In this document: one piece after another, positions 28,468 through 29,782 of the stretch
Position numbering within the stretch: position 1 is the stretch's first letter
Layout: every line of letters starts with the position of its first letter
DNA from: Thermoplasmata archaeon
GTDB lineage: Archaea > Thermoplasmatota > Thermoplasmata > Thermoplasmatales > ARK-15
Assembly: GCA_039794005.1 (NCBI GenBank)
Contig: JBAMMA010000011.1
Coordinates: 1 to 29,782, forward strand
Length of the DNA: 29,782 nt
Direction of reading: 5' to 3'
Notes under the pieces: model-generated
Seen by the model: the letters and a program-made list of their open reading frames with translations, nothing else
Database searches by the model: none
What the model was told of the DNA's origin: nothing
Made by a program: the position numbers and the translations under genes

Positions 28468-29782
28468 ATGTTAGCAAAAAATGTCTTGATCGTAATGATT
28501 TCAATCATCTTGGCTATTATTGTTGTTATTCCATCAAATGTTTATGCTAAAAATGGTATTAATAATCTTGAAATGAAGCATATTAAATATATCAATATAA
28601 ACTTAAAAGATAAAATTGAAAATAAAGTAAAGTATATAATTAATAAAGGAATTGTATCACATAAATACATATACATACCTAATTTTTACAATAAGAATAA
28701 AGGCGTAGGGCCTCTCTATACAAGTGCACCTGCACCAATGGGTCTGGCTGATTACGGTTTAAAAATAATAAATGGCCAAAATGTATTTTATTCATATAAA
28801 ACCCCTAGTATTATGGGATATATTTATTTAAATGACCTCTATGATTTTTACATGTTAGGTGATTCACCGTACACAATTTCAATTCAACTTAATGCTGTTT
28901 TGAATAATGTTACAATAGGTGGAAATTCGAGTTTTGTATTTTGGACAAAAAGTGTAGTAGATTATTCAATAAGAACTAACACTTTACAATTTGTAGACAA
29001 CATATGGAACTTTTCATCAACATCTTTTAACATGACTTCTAATTCTATCTATAGCGGTAATGGTACCATTGTTCCAGGTATATTTTATTATGCTGTTGGA
29101 CCTACATATAAAATTTCAATGCCATTTATATTATATTTATATTTAAATACAACAATAATAGATGGAAAAACTGCAGTATTTTTCAATTACACCGTTTTAT
29201 CATCACGTAATAAATATAGTGGAACATATGATGAGGTATTGTTCAATTCAACATATAACACAAATCCCAATTTTGTTACACCATATCCTTATTTCTATGT
29301 CAGTGGGAATAGGACCACACCATCTGGTTTATTAAATGATGCAGAAATGATCATAGGAGGAGCTGGAGGAGGATCAAATACAAATATATATAATCTAAAT
29401 GGCACTATTAACTTGAAAGTCTACAATACTTCGGCCAAAAAGATGGAAATGCCTCCATCACTTTGGGATGTGGGAAGCGATACTGGAGAAACTGCCATGG
29501 GTATAGCTGTTTCTCCTTACACAGGTAAGCAGTTTTATTTAAATTCTGGCCCCTCGTTTATATATATGGTATATGGTGAATATCCAATCATCCAGGGTAA
29601 GACTTTTGCTGGGGCCATATCACCAACAAATTCTTTTGTATTTATAAGTAGAGGTAAAACTTTTAATATCTCTAATTCAACTTGGCTTCCGCTGGGAGTA
29701 ACAAATCTTACAGGGATGTATTCTTTCACATTGCCGAATGGATCTTATTCAATCCTAATAGAATTGAGCGATTATAAACCTG
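28468..29782 (+). CDS. thermopsin (peptidase A5) family secreted protein, partial (runs off window)
   Basis: Manual translation from ATG 28468: signal peptide, PAPMGLADYG, SIQLNAVL, DNIWNFS, DAEMIIGG.GGG, GSDTGE; many N-x-S/T sequons; no stop before window end. Confidence 0.9.
   Translation, partial: MLAKNVLIVMISIILAIIVVIPSNVYAKNGINNLEMKHIKYININLKDKIENKVKYIINKGIVSHKYIYIPNFYNKNKGVGPLYTSAPAPMGLADYGLKIINGQNVFYSYKTPSIMGYIYLNDLYDFYMLGDSPYTISIQLNAVLNNVTIGGNSSFVFWTKSVVDYSIRTNTLQFVDNIWNFSSTSFNMTSNSIYSGNGTIVPGIFYYAVGPTYKISMPFILYLYLNTTIIDGKTAVFFNYTVLSSRNKYSGTYDEVLFNSTYNTNPNFVTPYPYFYVSGNRTTPSGLLNDAEMIIGGAGGGSNTNIYNLNGTINLKVYNTSAKKMEMPPSLWDVGSDTGETAMGIAVSPYTGKQFYLNSGPSFIYMVYGEYPIIQGKTFAGAISPTNSFVFISRGKTFNISNSTWLPLGVTNLTGMYSFTLPNGSYSILIELSDYKP

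Noticed and set aside
2924-29729. Short opposite-strand or out-of-frame ORFs in the track (e.g. 2924-3352, 7009-7251, 13030-13323, 18781-19134, 22921-23286, 26699-27067, 29535-29729)
   Set aside because: They lie within well-supported genes or tRNAs and show no motifs; treated as shadow ORFs
1-29782. CRISPR arrays, IS elements, inteins, tRNA introns
   Set aside because: No regularly spaced repeats or transposase ORF seen by eye; PolB and Hel308 are normal length; both tRNAs fold without introns

Overview
AT-rich archaeal chromosomal segment, most likely Thermoplasmata (RpoN has a Thermoplasma-like internal extension; egsA-UPF0179-ychF cluster; thermopsin-family gene). Mostly housekeeping: tRNA-Gly(TCC), pruA, rps6e-eif2g, polB, queD-queC, pheS, egsA, ychF, acnA, hel308, rpl18e-rpl13-rps9-rpoN-tRNA-Pro(GGG). 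I saw no CRISPR array, IS element or provirus. The less ordinary parts are: (1) a wHTH/solute-binding-domain fusion regulator upstream of an NCS1 permease with a palindromic operator candidate; (2) two transporter genes broken only by single-base indels at homopolymer runs while all neighbours are intact; (3) an intact tyrosine-recombinase-fold gene that has lost its catalytic residues, with a dif-like inverted repeat upstream; (4) a STAND-like ATPase-TPR protein with no effector domain; (5) a 47-aa zinc-finger gene, absent from the ORF track, coupled to queC; (6) a membrane protein/wHTH/MarR block divergent from a thermopsin-like gene with an altered conserved motif. All family calls come from motif recognition by eye. 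No database search was run, so novelty is unverified.
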